DNA of 64,000 bases from Cyanophora paradoxa CCMP329. Taxonomy: Eukaryota > Plantae > Glaucophyta. Both the position numbers and the translations under genes were made by a program. The stretch lies in the NCBI GenBank assembly GCA_004431415.1, contig QPMI01000121.1, forward strand, positions 62,001 through 126,000, written 5' to 3'. The notes beneath the pieces are model-generated. The model saw nothing but the letters and a program-made list of their open reading frames with translations. It had not been told where the DNA came from and did no database searches. Positions 26,501 to 38,141 of the stretch are shown here, one piece after another. The first letter of the stretch is position 1; each line of letters begins with the position of its first letter.

Positions 26501-29500
26501 TGCTGTGTCACAGTGTTTCTCTCCGTTCGGGACTCGCTAACGAGCCGCCGCGTCAATTTGTTGCAGCTTGGAAGGCTATGTGGTGGGTTGCTTGCCATCG
26601 GGTTTTGCTTGCCTGATATCAATAACGAGCGCCTCGAATCTCGCAGTCTGACGAGTCCCAAACGTTCTGCGAGGTAAGCTGTTGCTGGCCTGATTCCGAG
26701 AGGGGACGCAATGGCGACCGCCGGGGCGCAGGTCTGTTCGAAGGGCACCTTCAGAAATGCGACGATGTCCTACTGCGAGCCTTGGTCCGTCCGAGCATGC
26801 CCGGCCCTTTGTTTCATTGCGACGTGCAAGTTTTCGCGTTGATTGTGCGTGTTTCTCGCGCAGCCCGTCCGGCACCTTCGCGGCGGCCGCAGGATCCGCG
26901 GCCTGCACGCTGTGCTCGTCGACGCAGCTGTGCCCGATCGCGACCTCGGAGCCGATCGACATATCCGACTTCAAGAAACTCATATCGGAGACCATTTCCG
27001 AGGCCCTCGCCGCCGCGAAGGAGGGGCTGCAGCCCGCTACAGGCAGAGTGCGGCGCGGCCTGTTACTCGCTCGGAGGCTGCTGGGCGCCGGGGATTTCCT
27101 CAAGCGTATCTCGAGCGACGAGACTGCGATGTCCTTTGTCAGCGAGAACGTGACGTGCGCGTGCATTGTTCTGAGCGGGTCCGACTGCTGCCGACCCCCT
27201 CTCGTGTCTGCTTCGCAGGTACGATACGAACACTGCAACGATCGTCCGGCCTGTGCGTGGAGTATTGTAATCTTCACTTCCGAAAAACCCTGAGCTCGAG
27301 CGTTCGTTTCTCCAGGAAATCCGCACGGAAGAGGTCGCAAAGCAGCGCCTCTACCTGGTACGAAGTTGAACTAGCTAGATAGATAGCGCGGATATTCCGC
27401 TCTGGATCTCAATCGGAGCGACCGACCGCGCGCCCCGCGCAGGTCTTCGCGCTGCTGGTCTCGTGCGTCGGGGTCCTCCTGCTCCTCGCCGGCGTCTGCC
27501 TCTACTCCTACCTAAAGGTACGCTCTGTTATGTTATGTTATGGTATGTTATGCTATGTTTCGATCGGTACTCGTTTACGGATAGGTTCCGCTGGCTTCGC
27601 CGTCGGAGCGCAAGCTGGAGCGCGCAGAGCACAGGCAGCGGCGAGCCGAGCGTGTAAGCCGAGCCAGTCGTTTAGTATTTCCTCTGTTACAAACTCGACA
27701 ATTCATGGCGCGGCCGCGATTCGTCAGATCATGAAGCTCGACCGGCTTTACACAAACCTCATCGCCACAAAGCGCCAGGAGGTCAAAGGCGATGCGAAGA
27801 ACGAGACGGCGAAGACGCAACAGGAGGAGGCGGCGGAGGACGAAGAGGAGAACCAGAAGACTCTCTACGGCGTCATCTTCACGATGATCGGCATCGGTCT
27901 CGCCGCCATCGCAGCCGGCTACGTGCTGCTGCAATTCGTGCGCCCAGCACTGCGCCGCGCGCATTCCGTACCGCCGCGCGGCGCCTTAGCCTTTGCCGCC
28001 TTGCGCGCAGTCCATCGCGAACTTCAGCATCATCCAGACGCTCCAGCCGGGGGCCTCGCCATCCGCCGCAGACATCGCCGGCGCGCTCAACGTCACCGCC
28101 TCCTTCGCCGGCTTTGCTGGTGCCCTCGTTCCTCGAACGTCGGTCTTGGTCTCGGTGTTCACGAATGCTTACGAACGCGCAGGCCCATGCCAGATCGTGC
28201 AGCGAGCCGGAGAAAGCGCTCTGAACGTGTCGCGTTTCGACGGGCGCGCGGGTGTCGACGTGTTCGTCTCGGGGATCGGGCCCGTCGACGGCTGGCCCGC
28301 GCCGGTCGCCGAAACGAGCTTCAGCGCCGGTCGCCGCACATGCTTGTCCGTTTGAATTCTCGATTTCGACCTACATTTACATTGTTCGACCAATCGGCTC
28401 CCCTGTGCACGCAGAGTCAGCTGGCGGTGTGCGAAATGCCGTCTCCTGGCCGCCAGCAACGTCACTGTCGACTTCCGCCTCGTCTCGCGCCTCGCTCTTG
28501 CGGTCGCCGTCAACTACGCCATACAGGTCCGCCGCTCTCAGAAGCAGATCTTTTCTCGTGTGGGTTCTCTGAAGCGGGATGCAGGTCCCGTCCAACCTGT
28601 CCATCGAGGGGGTCATCGTGCCCTCCTCGCAAGCCGAGTTCTCCGTCTTCCGCGGCACAGTCCCGGTCACCGTCCCCGTGTCTCTGTTTCCGCTGCACTT
28701 TGAGGTCTGGTGGACCGCCCTTGAGCGCTCCCGTGAACGTGCGCTTGGCGTTGATCTGCTCGCAGGACGAGCGCGACGGCACGCCGCGGTACGACGCGGC
28801 CCTGCGCCCTGCCGACAATCGGGCGACCGAGAAGGGCGAGGGATCTTTCGTGTGTTCAGATCTGTGTCGGATCCTGACCGCTCGGATCACTGCCGCGTGT
28901 GCTTACGCCCCATCCCGCGCTCTCCAGGGCCTCTGCTCGTTCACGAAACCGCTCTCCGATCCGGAGTGTGCCGGAGAATCCGTTACCTTCCGCGTCCTCT
29001 TCAACATCGACAACATCTACGTCCGAGTGCGCCTTGCCGGCCGTCGACCCGCGGCGCTGCTTTTCCGCCTGTGCGTCGCGATCGTGACCGCCGCACCCTG
29101 CCGCAGGTGTACCGCAAGGTGAAGGCCTCCATCGCCGACATGCTCGCGGACCTGTCGTCCCTCACGCAGACCGCCATCGCCGTGCGCCAGACGCCGCCTC
29201 GTTGTCCAGTGTCCGAGAGACGGCTCGCAGATCGGAGGCCAGATCGCAGTCACGGCTCTCACCGCGCGCTACTTCATGAAGGTAGCGAGCAGCCGCTTGT
29301 CTGGAGGACGCCGACGCTGAGGGGCTCTGACCCGCGCCTCCTGCAGGGACGGCGCGGCCAGCCGACGGAAGACGCACGGGGAGAGCTCGCCGATCGCGAC
29401 AGTTCGTCGACTGCCGGCTCGAGCGTGGCGGCAGATCCAAAGCTGCAGCTCCGGAATCCTGCCGTGGGCAAACAGCACGCAGCCTCTGCCAGCGACCTGA

Positions 29501-30141
29501 AGCCGGATGTGCCGAGATCCTCAACACCCTCGGGTTCCGTGCGCGCGCCCGCGCGAATGACTCGGAGGCGGAGCAACAGCTTCGGCGACATCGAGGGGCT
29601 CGGGGCTGTCCACATCTACGAGATCGACGACGACCCAGCGGACCGTGCATCAAGGGCGGCCCACGGGCCGCGCTCCAAGTCTCCCGGTCTGCCCCCGCGG
29701 CCGACGGCGACGGCGGGCAGCCACGGCCACACCTCCCGATCCACGGGCCCTTCGTCCTCGTCGGCCCAGCCCCTCATCCCCGGCCCCAGCAGCCGCTACG
29801 CTTACAGCGTCGCGAGCGCTACCGCCACGCTGCCCATCCCGAACCTCCCCGCAAGCGCAGTGCGGGTCATCAGCCTCTTGGGATCGAGCGCGAGCGCGGC
29901 GGGCAGCTCGAACTCGAGCGTCGCGGGCAGCTCGGAAGCGAAGCGGCCGGCCGCGCCCGCGGGCAGCGTCGGGGCGGCCTCCCTACCCCTCGCCGGGCCT
30001 TCTCCCGACTCGTCTACTTCCAGAGCCATCTCGGCCTCGGCCGCGGGCCCCAGCTCCGATGTCGGCAGTCTTGGCCCGCGCGTGGAGCAGCCGGCTGTCG
30101 AGAGCACCGGCCGGGATGATGCTGTCCCTTCCCCCCCGTAA
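5520..30141 (+). CDS. Giant multi-exon cell-surface/membrane protein: signal peptide, LamG/ConA-like repeats, Cys-rich GCC2/GCC3 (ephrin-receptor-like) repeats, TM helices, Ser/Pro-rich tail
   Basis: ATG at 5520 gives MRPAAAAFLLVFLGILCGTSGA. Exons are separated by short GT..CAG introns. Repeated WHHVA..L....YLDG and DFRVYSxALS motifs, then CxxCPxGxY repeats. Hydrophobic segments at about 27444-27517 and 27865-27937. Stop TAA at 30141. A single-gene model is inferred; not every junction was verified. Confidence 0.7.
5650..6240. repeat. C-rich low-complexity tract in the first intron (G-rich on the minus strand)
   Basis: Long poly-C runs and CCCCT repeats. The Pro-rich ORFs here are compositional artefacts. 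Confidence 0.8.
6450..15950 (+). other. About 8 tandem LamG/concanavalin-A-like domain repeats (about 1.2 kb genomic period)
   Basis: Each unit shows F.LG.P.TFSFW, RxFDFG, (W)HHVA...YxNG, DFRxYSxAL and LELxY.F.GC, with introns at recurring positions. Confidence 0.75.
19900..26950 (+). other. Cys-rich GCC2/GCC3 (ephrin-receptor-like) repeat array
   Basis: Dozens of CxxCPxGTY...CxxC units, e.g. CLQCPLNSIVSSSGAAECTLCAPGY. Confidence 0.8.
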
Positions 30142-30976
30142 GATTCAAACAAGCATCTCACTTTACCTTGTAGCTTGCTTCTCCTTATCCTGTAATCGCG
30201 AATGCATTGCAGCGGTTTATACGAATATCATTGAAACAATAGTATACGTATGCAGCTTTTTTGGTAAATTACCGGCCACAGCCTCCAGTGTCTCACAGCC
30301 TCTTTGCCCCTTGTCCCACAGCCTCTTTGCCCCCACTGGGCTACGATCTCGCGGTCTCCCAGACCCCGGGAGTCTAGATCTCCTGCCCCTTCGCGTTTTT
30401 TGCAGCGGCGCCGGCCCCTGTCCCGAGCTCGAGTACTAGCCCCGCACCGTACCGCGCCCGAAGCTGAGCCGCCTCCGCCCTGGCCACGTGCATTCCCCCT
30501 TCCTTCTTGCTTCCGTATATGCTGGCTACTGGGATATTAGCTATAGGTTGGAGGGTAAATCAGGGGAGAGGATAGGCAGGGGCGGAGGGAGGAAGCGAGG
30601 CGGGCATTATATATGGTATGGCGAAAAAGGCGGCTGCTGGGTGCAATTCCGAAAGTTCATGATCAACCCGCGGCCGGGGACGGGCACATGCAGCCTAGTA
30701 CCGCTCTCCGGCCCCGGGCCGAGGCTACCGTGTTACACAATATTGGTGCGCACGATATATAAGAGCGTTTATAGATAGACCCGGCCTCCGACCATAGTAA
30801 TGAGTGCGGTTTCAAATCACTGAGTCAGTGCGTTTTCATTCATATGCATGGCAAAAAACGCACTAATTTGGTACCGCGCTAATATTATGCGTGCACTATA
30901 ATTGTGTTACACGGTAGCGCTCTGAAGGCTGGACTCGGGAGTCGGGACTCGAGGGCCCGGCCCGGCGGGCCCGGCC
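21572..30976 (+). repeat. Copy A of a 9.4-kb tandem segmental duplication
   Basis: Near-identical to the sequence starting at 30996 (offset 9424). It ends at CCCGGCGGGCCCGGCC, which recurs at 53812-53827. Confidence 0.95.
30728..30914. mobile_element. Tc1/mariner-type MITE, 187 bp
   Basis: Imperfect TIR CCGTGTTACACAAT / ATTGTGTTACACGG flanked by TA on both sides. Confidence 0.65.
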
Positions 30977-33900
30977 TAACCTATGCTAGGACCTAGACCT
31001 AGCTATGGCTAACGCCGCACAGGCTCCTACCAAAGCGGCGAAGACTGCGTCCCGCGCCCGCTGAATACGATCGCTTCATCGCCTGGGACGGTCAATTGCA
31101 CGCCCTGCGCGCCCGGCTACGTTGCTGCGGCCGACCAGCAGTCCTGCGAGCCTTGCCCGGTGGGGACGTGGCGGGACGAAAGCATGACGGCATGCGCCCC
31201 TGTCCCGAAGCGCGCGGCTGCCGTGCAAGGGTCACCAGCGTACATCGAATGCCCAGACGGGCACGTCCCGGACGGGACCAAGGCGACTTGCGTCCCGTGC
31301 CCTGCAGGCAAGCGAATGCTGGTCTTCTTCGCTCTCTTTCATATACAAGCGCGCTCATGCGCTCTGTAGGCCTGTACCAACTCGGGGACAGCTGCCTCCA
31401 GTGTCCGCTGAACTCCATCGTGAGCAGCTCGGGCGCAGCGGAATGCACGCTATGCGCACCGGGCTACGCGGCCTCGGCCGACCAGCAGTCCTGCGAGCCG
31501 TGCCCATTCGGCACCTACCGCTCTGCAAACCTCTCGCAGTGCACCCCCGTTCCGGCTCGCGCCGCCGCCAAGCAAGGCTCCGCTGTCTACGAGATGTGCG
31601 GCAACGGAACAGTTCCGTCAGCGATCCGGTCGGACTGTGTGGAATGCCGCGCGGGGAGCTACCAGCTGGAGGACCAGTGCCTGCCCTGCCCGCCGAACAC
31701 GATCACGTCCGACCCCGGCAAGGACCAGTGCGAGACGTGCCCCGAGGGCTACGAGGCCGCGGCGGACAGACAGACCTGCACACGTGCGCTGCGTCCGCCT
31801 GTGCAAGCGATGGTGGCTGGCTGACGAGACGCGTGCGCAGCGTGCTTGGCGGGCACCTACAGGCACGCCCCGCTGGTGTCGTGCCAGCGCGTGCCTGTTG
31901 GGGCGGCGGCTGTAGCCGCGTCCAGGAACTACACCGTCTGTGCGAGAGGCGCGGTCCCCAGCGACGATCTAGCGACATGTCTTCCATGTCCGCGGGGCAC
32001 GTACGAGAAGGACTGGCGGTGTCGCGACTGCGTTGGCGCGTGGTTTCGGCTTTCTAGCTGATTCCGGTCTTCGCTGACACTCCTTATACGAATTTAGGCA
32101 ATTCGATTGCACCCAATATGACGATGACAAGCTGCATCGACTGGTTTGCATGCTTGTTCGGTTTGCGTACTGATTCTCACGCACTAAACGTACGCAGCGA
32201 CCCGGGGATGATTGCTGATGAGACGCGCCAACATTGTAGAGCATGGTACGGTCTCCTTTGTTTATACTGGTTTTGCACTCATGCACTGTTTGACCGCAGC
32301 GAGCCGGGCTTCTTCCAGCCCGACCGCACTAGCGGATGCGAGCGCTGCCCTGCAGCGTTGTTTTCTCAAAGCATGCAATTCGGACAATGTAAAGAATGCC
32401 CAGCGGTGCGCAGACGCACCGAAAAGCGCTGTCTCTCCGCCGTGGCTGACCATCAATGCAGGGCCAAGTTCCGAACGAGAAGCAAGACGGGTGCATGTGG
32501 TGCAGGTAAATACTCGGAGTCTCTTACAAAGCCTTACGCCAATTTACTGAGCCGCTTTTGCTCTCAGGCCTGGTTATGGCAAGCCGGCCAACGCAAGCAT
32601 TTGTCTCATTTGCGAGAACGGTTTGTTGTGCTTTGCCCGTCGATTTCGGTATCTTTTCTCTGATGCGCCGCATATTGTTATTTGAATAATCTTAGACCAT
32701 GCGTCGCCTGACGGCACTGGCTGCAAAAAGTGCGAGTTGGGCTTCGTGTCGCAACCGGATAGGCTGGTGCGAGCCCTTCGAACCTCTCGAATTTTCGCTG
32801 ACACCACGTTCGGCTGACATCCGAGCAGGCGTGTCTTCCATGCCGAGCTGGAACAGCGGAGTCGAGCAGGTCGGGCGAGTGTGTCCCGTGCGGGCAAAAC
32901 GAAATCGCTGCATTCGAGGGTTCTTCCACTTGCACGGCTTGCGCGGACGGCGAATACGCGTCTGCAGATCAGCGTCTGTGCTTCAAATGCCCGGCAGGTG
33001 TGAATGTTGCACCCAGCTTTGGATTTCGTTAGCCTCATCCTTCTTTCCACCAACGGTGCATGCCCTTCGAGACAGGCACTTATCGCCACGGCTCGATGCC
33101 CCTCTGCCTTCCCGTTCCTGCTCGGGCAGTGGCTCTTCTGGGCTCTTCAAACTACACACTATGTGAACCCGGATTCGTTCCAGACGGCACAAAAGCCTCC
33201 TGCCTTGCTTGCCCTGCTGGTGCGCTTGTCGAGTCGTTGTCGCATGATCGTGAAAATCGATCCAGAAGAATCGAGATTTCCAGACCTTAACATTTCTTTC
33301 GCACAGGAATGCGGCAGATTGGCGATGGTTGCTTCCTGTGCCCGCTGAATACGGTCGCTTCATCGCCTGGGACGGTCGATTGCACGCCCTGCGCTCCCGG
33401 CTACATTGCCGCGGCCGACCAGCAGTCCTGCGAGCCGTGCTTGGTGGGGACGTGGCGGAACGCAAGCATGACCGTCTGCATTCCCGTCCCAAAGCGCGCC
33501 GCTGCCGTGCAAGGGTCACCAGCGTACATCGAATGCCCACACGGGCACGTCCCTGACGGGACCAAGGCGACTTGTGTCCCGTGCCCTGCAGGCAAGCAAA
33601 TGCTGGTCTTCTTCGCTCTCTTTCATATACAAGCGTGCTCATGCGTTCTGCAGGCCTGTACCAACTCGGGACAGCTGCCTCCAGTGCCCGCTGAACTCCA
33701 TCGTGAGCAGCTCGGGCGCAGCGGAATGCACGCTATGCGCACCGGGCTACGCGGCCTCGGCCGACCAGCAGTCCTGCGAGCCGTGCCCATTCGGCACCTA
33801 CCGCTCGGCAAACCTCTCGCAGTGCACCCCCGTTCCGGCTCGCGCCGCCGCCAAGCAAGGCTCCGCTGTCTACGAGATGTGCGGCAACGGAACAGTTCCG

Positions 33901-35462
33901 TCAGCGATCCGGTCGGACTGTGTGGAATGCCGCGCGGGGAGCTACCAGCTGGAGGACCAGTGCCTGCCCTGCCCGCCGAACACGATCACGTCCGACCCCG
34001 GCAAGGACCAGTGCGAGACGTGCCCCGAGGGCTACGAGGCCGCGGCGGACAGACAGACCTGCACACGTGCGCTGCGTCTGCCTGTGCGAGCGATGGTGGC
34101 TGGCTGACGAGATGCGTGCGCAGCGTGCTTGGCGGGCACCTACAGGCACGCCCCGCTGGTGTCGTGCCAGCGCGTGCCTGTGGGGGCGGCGGCTGTAGCC
34201 GCGTCCAGGAACTACACCGTCTGCGCGAGAGGCACGGTCCCGAGTGATGACCTTGCGACATGCCTCCCGTGCCCGCGGGGCACGTACGAGAGGGACTGGC
34301 GGTGCCGCGACTGCGTTGGAAAGACATACGCCCCTCTTATCGGAATGACCGCGTGCCAAGATTGGTATGCTGGGCTTCTGTTCGCTTCCGTTTGCAATGC
34401 TGAATGCATGCACACAGCGAGCCTGGTTTTGTTGCGGACGAAACGCGCGAAGTTTGCTCGCCGTGTCCGAGTGGTTCTGCAAGGCCTGCGAGCGCCAGCT
34501 CCTGCCACGTGTGCCCCGCCGCGTATTTCGCCAACGCACCCGGCCGCGCCCAATGCGATTTTTGGTCCGCGCCCACGATCCGTTGTCGCGGCGCCCGCCT
34601 TTTGCGCCTGAGCCCGTCTTGCAGCCCCCAGGGACCGAGTCTGCCGACAATCGCGTGGCCTGCACGCCGTGTCCCTTGGGTTATGCGGAGGTGAACGGCA
34701 CGCGGACGTGCCGGTTCTGCGACGAGGGAACAGTCGCAGAGGACCAGGGCGCGGTCGAGTGCAGATCTTGTGCCCCTGGTGAAATCTCCAACGGCGATCG
34801 GTGCGCCAAAATCGATGAAGTGTCGAACTAAGTCTCTGCGTGAAGTCGACGTGCTCGCTCGCAGCACGCGCTGCACTCCCTGCCAAGCGGGGACGTTCAA
34901 GCCTCGGAACATGAACGTCTGTCTGCCGTGCCGGATCGGGACCTGGGCGCCAGCAGGCTCACAGGCGTGCCGTCCGTGCGAGCCTGGATCGTACGCATCC
35001 GAAGACTCCAGCGAGTGCATCGCGTGCACTCCAGGCACGTTCATGCCGGAGGGCTCCCAGGCCTGCCTCAGGGTGCGCGCTCGTTCGTATCAGTCTCTCG
35101 CCTTTTCGAACAGCGAACCTTTCGCGGTCCAGTGTCCCGAGAACTTCATCGCGCCTGATCCTGGGACGGCCTTCGCGTGCACCCCTTGCGATGCCGGGTA
35201 CACAGCGTCAGCCAACCGCCGCGTTTGCGAGCCCTGCGCTCTGGTGCTTATCCTCTTTGTTTATTCTGGATGCAATTTCCCTCGAGCTCTGTGGATTGAT
35301 TTTCCGCCACCTTTTGCAGGGCTTCTACAGGCCTCTGGACAGCAACAGCACGGGGTGCATTCCATGTGGGCCGGGAACTGTCTCGCGGTCCGCAGGCACC
35401 GGCGAGTGTGAGCAGTGGTGCGTCTTTGTGTAATTGTAATGCAGCCCATGCGCAGTCTACGC

Positions 35463-35736
35463 ACTTGACTTGTGTGCATTACACCCAAATTTTAGCGCAT
35501 TTTATTTACGACATTCAGTAACAACTTTACGATTCCCGATAACACAATATATTCACGATAAAACAATCGATGAAATACCCATTTAATCGAGAGATTCCCG
35601 ATGATACAACCAATATACATATAAAACAATCGATGAAATACCCATTTAATCGATTGAATCCATAAAAAACAACAAACCATAACTACACATAAACCATTCA
35701 CAGTTACACCCGTTACACCCATTTCACATTACACCC
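35463..35736 (+). repeat. Left terminal inverted repeat (274 bp)
   Basis: Begins ACTTGACTTGTGTGCATTACACCC and is the reverse complement of 47147-47420. Contains a 33-bp direct repeat (35558-35590, 35621-35653) and four TTACACCC copies. Confidence 0.95.
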
Positions 35737-36157
35737 ATGAGTTGTAAATTTTCATTTCACGAAAAAGATTAAGGCGCTGTTGACATACATAATATCTTCC
35801 TTTCTCTTTTGTGTAATTCATCAAATCTTTCCACGGGTTTCTCGACATCATAAATTTCTCTTTCCATGTTAAACACTTTCTCGGAACCAGAGTAACAGTT
35901 AAACCACTCGAACGATTTTTAAATTCCTCTTCTATCTTCTTTTGTTTTTGTTTGAATTCCTCGAATCGTTTTTCGTGGTCTATGTATTCTATGTATTCCC
36001 CCTCATCGTCTTCTGTGTCTCTCTCTACTTTTTGTTTCTCCTTATGTTTCTCACAATAGACAGTGTAGCTTTCCGATTCATAACTGAAAAAGTCATGAGA
36101 TCTACGAACATAGCAACATCCGCAATCCCGATATGTTTCGGTTGTTTCCCACCCCAT
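35729..36157 (-). CDS. Viral hypothetical protein (142 aa, Cys cluster plus charged region)
   Basis: ATG-initiated intact ORF, preceded by CAAAATTTGAC. The stop codon lies inside the TIR. Confidence 0.7.
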   Translation of the reverse strand: MGWETTETYRDCGCCYVRRSHDFFSYESESYTVYCEKHKEKQKVERDTEDDEGEYIEYIDHEKRFEEFKQKQKKIEEEFKNRSSGLTVTLVPRKCLTWKEKFMMSRNPWKDLMNYTKEKGRYYVCQQRLNLFREMKIYNSWV

Positions 36158-36192
36158 CGTTATTACAACTTCTCGGATTCCTTTTAAACTCT

Positions 36193-36224
36193 GTCAAATT
36201 TTGCCCCCGATGCGAAAAATGACG
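36193..36224. promoter_or_regulatory. Back-to-back putative early-promoter motifs
   Basis: GGCAAAATTTGAC on the minus strand (36193-36205) and GCGAAAAATGACG on the plus strand (36212-36224), between divergent ORFs. Confidence 0.6.
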
Positions 36225-36251
36225 ATTTCTTAAAATAACCATTGCAACAAA

Positions 36252-36644
36252 ATGGAAGCGGATAAGTGCAGATACTGTGGTATAACGTATTCTCGCCTAA
36301 AACATTGGAGACTCAGAAGTATATGTAGCGATTGCCTTAAAAGAGATGATATAGACTTACCTTTTACTGTAAAACGACGCTGTAAGATATGTAACTTTGC
36401 AATACTTGGGAATTGTGAATGTAACATACTTAATGGCGTCCTAATCTGTGGAAAATGCAATAAAAATATTGAATTCTTAGAACTCCTAACACCGTATGAT
36501 TTCTATAATTACTCACTCGAAGTGGAAGAGTATAAAAAGTATATTCCGTGGATTCCACAAAATGCAACTTTGCAAGAATATATTAAGTCTATCGATGTCG
36601 GGACAAAAAATGACGCGCCACCACAACAAAACCACAACCTGTAA
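36252..36644 (+). CDS. Viral Cys-rich putative zinc-binding protein (130 aa)
   Basis: CRYC, CSDC, CKIC, CEC and CGKC motifs. Confidence 0.7.
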   Translation: MEADKCRYCGITYSRLKHWRLRSICSDCLKRDDIDLPFTVKRRCKICNFAILGNCECNILNGVLICGKCNKNIEFLELLTPYDFYNYSLEVEEYKKYIPWIPQNATLQEYIKSIDVGTKNDAPPQQNHNL

Positions 36645-36646
36645 CC

Positions 36647-36934
36647 ATGGCGATTACAAAAGAGTATTTCGCGAATCATTTGGGATTTTACGTTAATCCT
36701 GATTTATCGGAAGAAGAGCGCATAAAAGCAATAACCGATAAGGTGTTTACCGATACAACCGGGTGTAATCTTTCGAAGGTTTCAAGTTCAGCAAGAAAAG
36801 CAATTAGAAAAGCAAACGAAACCTACATACAACCATCGTATAATGAAACTATCAATTTAGCGGAAGCCCGACATGATCGGAATTTAATCAAATTGAAATT
36901 AAAAAAGAAACTCGAAGCTCGAAAGAACCAATAA
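36647..36934 (+). CDS. Viral hypothetical protein (95 aa, basic C-terminus)
   Basis: Intact ORF with CAAAAAATGACG about 35 nt upstream. Ends KLKKKLEARKNQ. Confidence 0.7.
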   Translation: MAITKEYFANHLGFYVNPDLSEEERIKAITDKVFTDTTGCNLSKVSSSARKAIRKANETYIQPSYNETINLAEARHDRNLIKLKLKKKLEARKNQ

Positions 36935-36996
36935 ACGTAACATTAAGCACAGGCAAAAAATGATGTCCTTTTTAGAAGTTTTTGTAACCTTACAAG

Positions 36997-37302
36997 ATGA
37001 ATGGGAAATATACCAAAGGTATTGGCTGTGGTGTTGCGAAATCGCATAAGTTTATGGAAACTTTCCTATGTAATGAGGAAAATAGAAAATTGGAGAAATT
37101 CGATGAATTCTTTACGGGATATATTCAGCATATCGGAGGAACTAACGGTAAGAAGTTAAACCCTTCTGTTAAAGAACACATGCGCGGTGAATTTATTCAG
37201 ATCATCACATGTTGGGAAGATGGACAATATGGATATACGGAACCTGTCCGTGGTAGATTGCAAAAGAAATTAGCAGAGCGCAAAAAGAAACTTACACTGT
37301 AA
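36997..37302 (+). CDS. Viral hypothetical protein (101 aa, basic C-terminus)
   Basis: Intact ORF with CAAAAAATGATG about 35 nt upstream. Ends RLQKKLAERKKKLTL. Confidence 0.7.
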   Translation: MNGKYTKGIGCGVAKSHKFMETFLCNEENRKLEKFDEFFTGYIQHIGGTNGKKLNPSVKEHMRGEFIQIITCWEDGQYGYTEPVRGRLQKKLAERKKKLTL

Positions 37303-38044
37303 TCGTCGTGGGTTCATTACTAATTCTTATCGATTCTCTCTTTTTTATCGCTCGTTTCTTAACAAACTTGCGAAACGCTTTCATGTCATCATCTGTTATT
37401 ATTGCACGGTCTGTGTATACTTTGATATCATAACCTTGTAACCCAGTTATTACGGTCTGATAATTGTAACCCCAAAGTCTATGTAGTTCTTTATAAGTCT
37501 TCTTGTCCAATCCACCGTTATATTCATCGAATGCGCAGTTAAACTCTTTCTCATTTCCGAGGATGTTAAAGAATACCACGAATTCCACGTTACGACGAAT
37601 AGTAGTAGAAATAGAGCATATACGTTGGACATTGAAAATAACAGTTATACCATAATGTCTTCCGCTCGTTACCAGTTTAGATAACACAGCCGAATTATGC
37701 ATATCCAAATTAGAACCTATCATATCGTCTAAGATAATAACCAAACTATTACGCTTTTCATTGTTTTCGATTCGTTTCTTTTGCATACTAATTAGTTTTA
37801 TCACCACATTATCATCCCATTCCTCATAGATATTATCAGGATGCGTTATATCTCTGAATTGACCCGTAAACGCAGTGGAACTAAACACTACGATTTGATC
37901 AATCTTATCACGCAGTTCATAAAGTAGATATTTACAATATGTTGTCTTACCAGAATTGGAGCGCCCAGCTAAGAGAAAACGCGAGCTTAATTTTACAGTT
38001 TTTGCCGGCTCAAATTCGGGAATATCATTTAAATCTATATCCAT
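37292..38044 (-). CDS. A32-like (FtsK/HerA superfamily) genome-packaging ATPase
   Basis: Walker A GRSNSGKT, Walker B LVIILDD, GRHYGIT arginine motif, downstream Q...IRRN. Confidence 0.92.
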   Translation of the reverse strand: MDIDLNDIPEFEPAKTVKLSSRFLLAGRSNSGKTTYCKYLLYELRDKIDQIVVFSSTAFTGQFRDITHPDNIYEEWDDNVVIKLISMQKKRIENNEKRNSLVIILDDMIGSNLDMHNSAVLSKLVTSGRHYGITVIFNVQRICSISTTIRRNVEFVVFFNILGNEKEFNCAFDEYNGGLDKKTYKELHRLWGYNYQTVITGLQGYDIKVYTDRAIITDDDMKAFRKFVKKRAIKKRESIRISNEPTTITV

Positions 38045-38141
38045 TACTGTGTGTCCGTTACAGTAATAAGATAAAAAACAAAATAACGCGCTAACCTATA
38101 CGCAACTCGCAGGATTCCTACTTTAAAGAAAGAAAAGAACT

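Noticed and set aside
27530-30141. 530-aa and 520-aa ORFs (and 51413-53290) as standalone genes
   Set aside because: They are mixtures of exons and unspliced introns that stay open because of high GC content.
35531-35653. Repeat-spacer-repeat pattern resembling CRISPR
   Set aside because: Only two units, the spacer-like parts are also similar, there are no cas genes, and the context is a eukaryotic virus.
35492-35722. 76-aa ORF MGVTGVTV, mirrored at 47161-47391
   Set aside because: It lies wholly in the TIR and simply translates its tandem repeat; there is no coding evidence.
38043-38067. 8-bp hairpin at the ATPase start
   Set aside because: Short, AT-rich and single-instance; could be chance.
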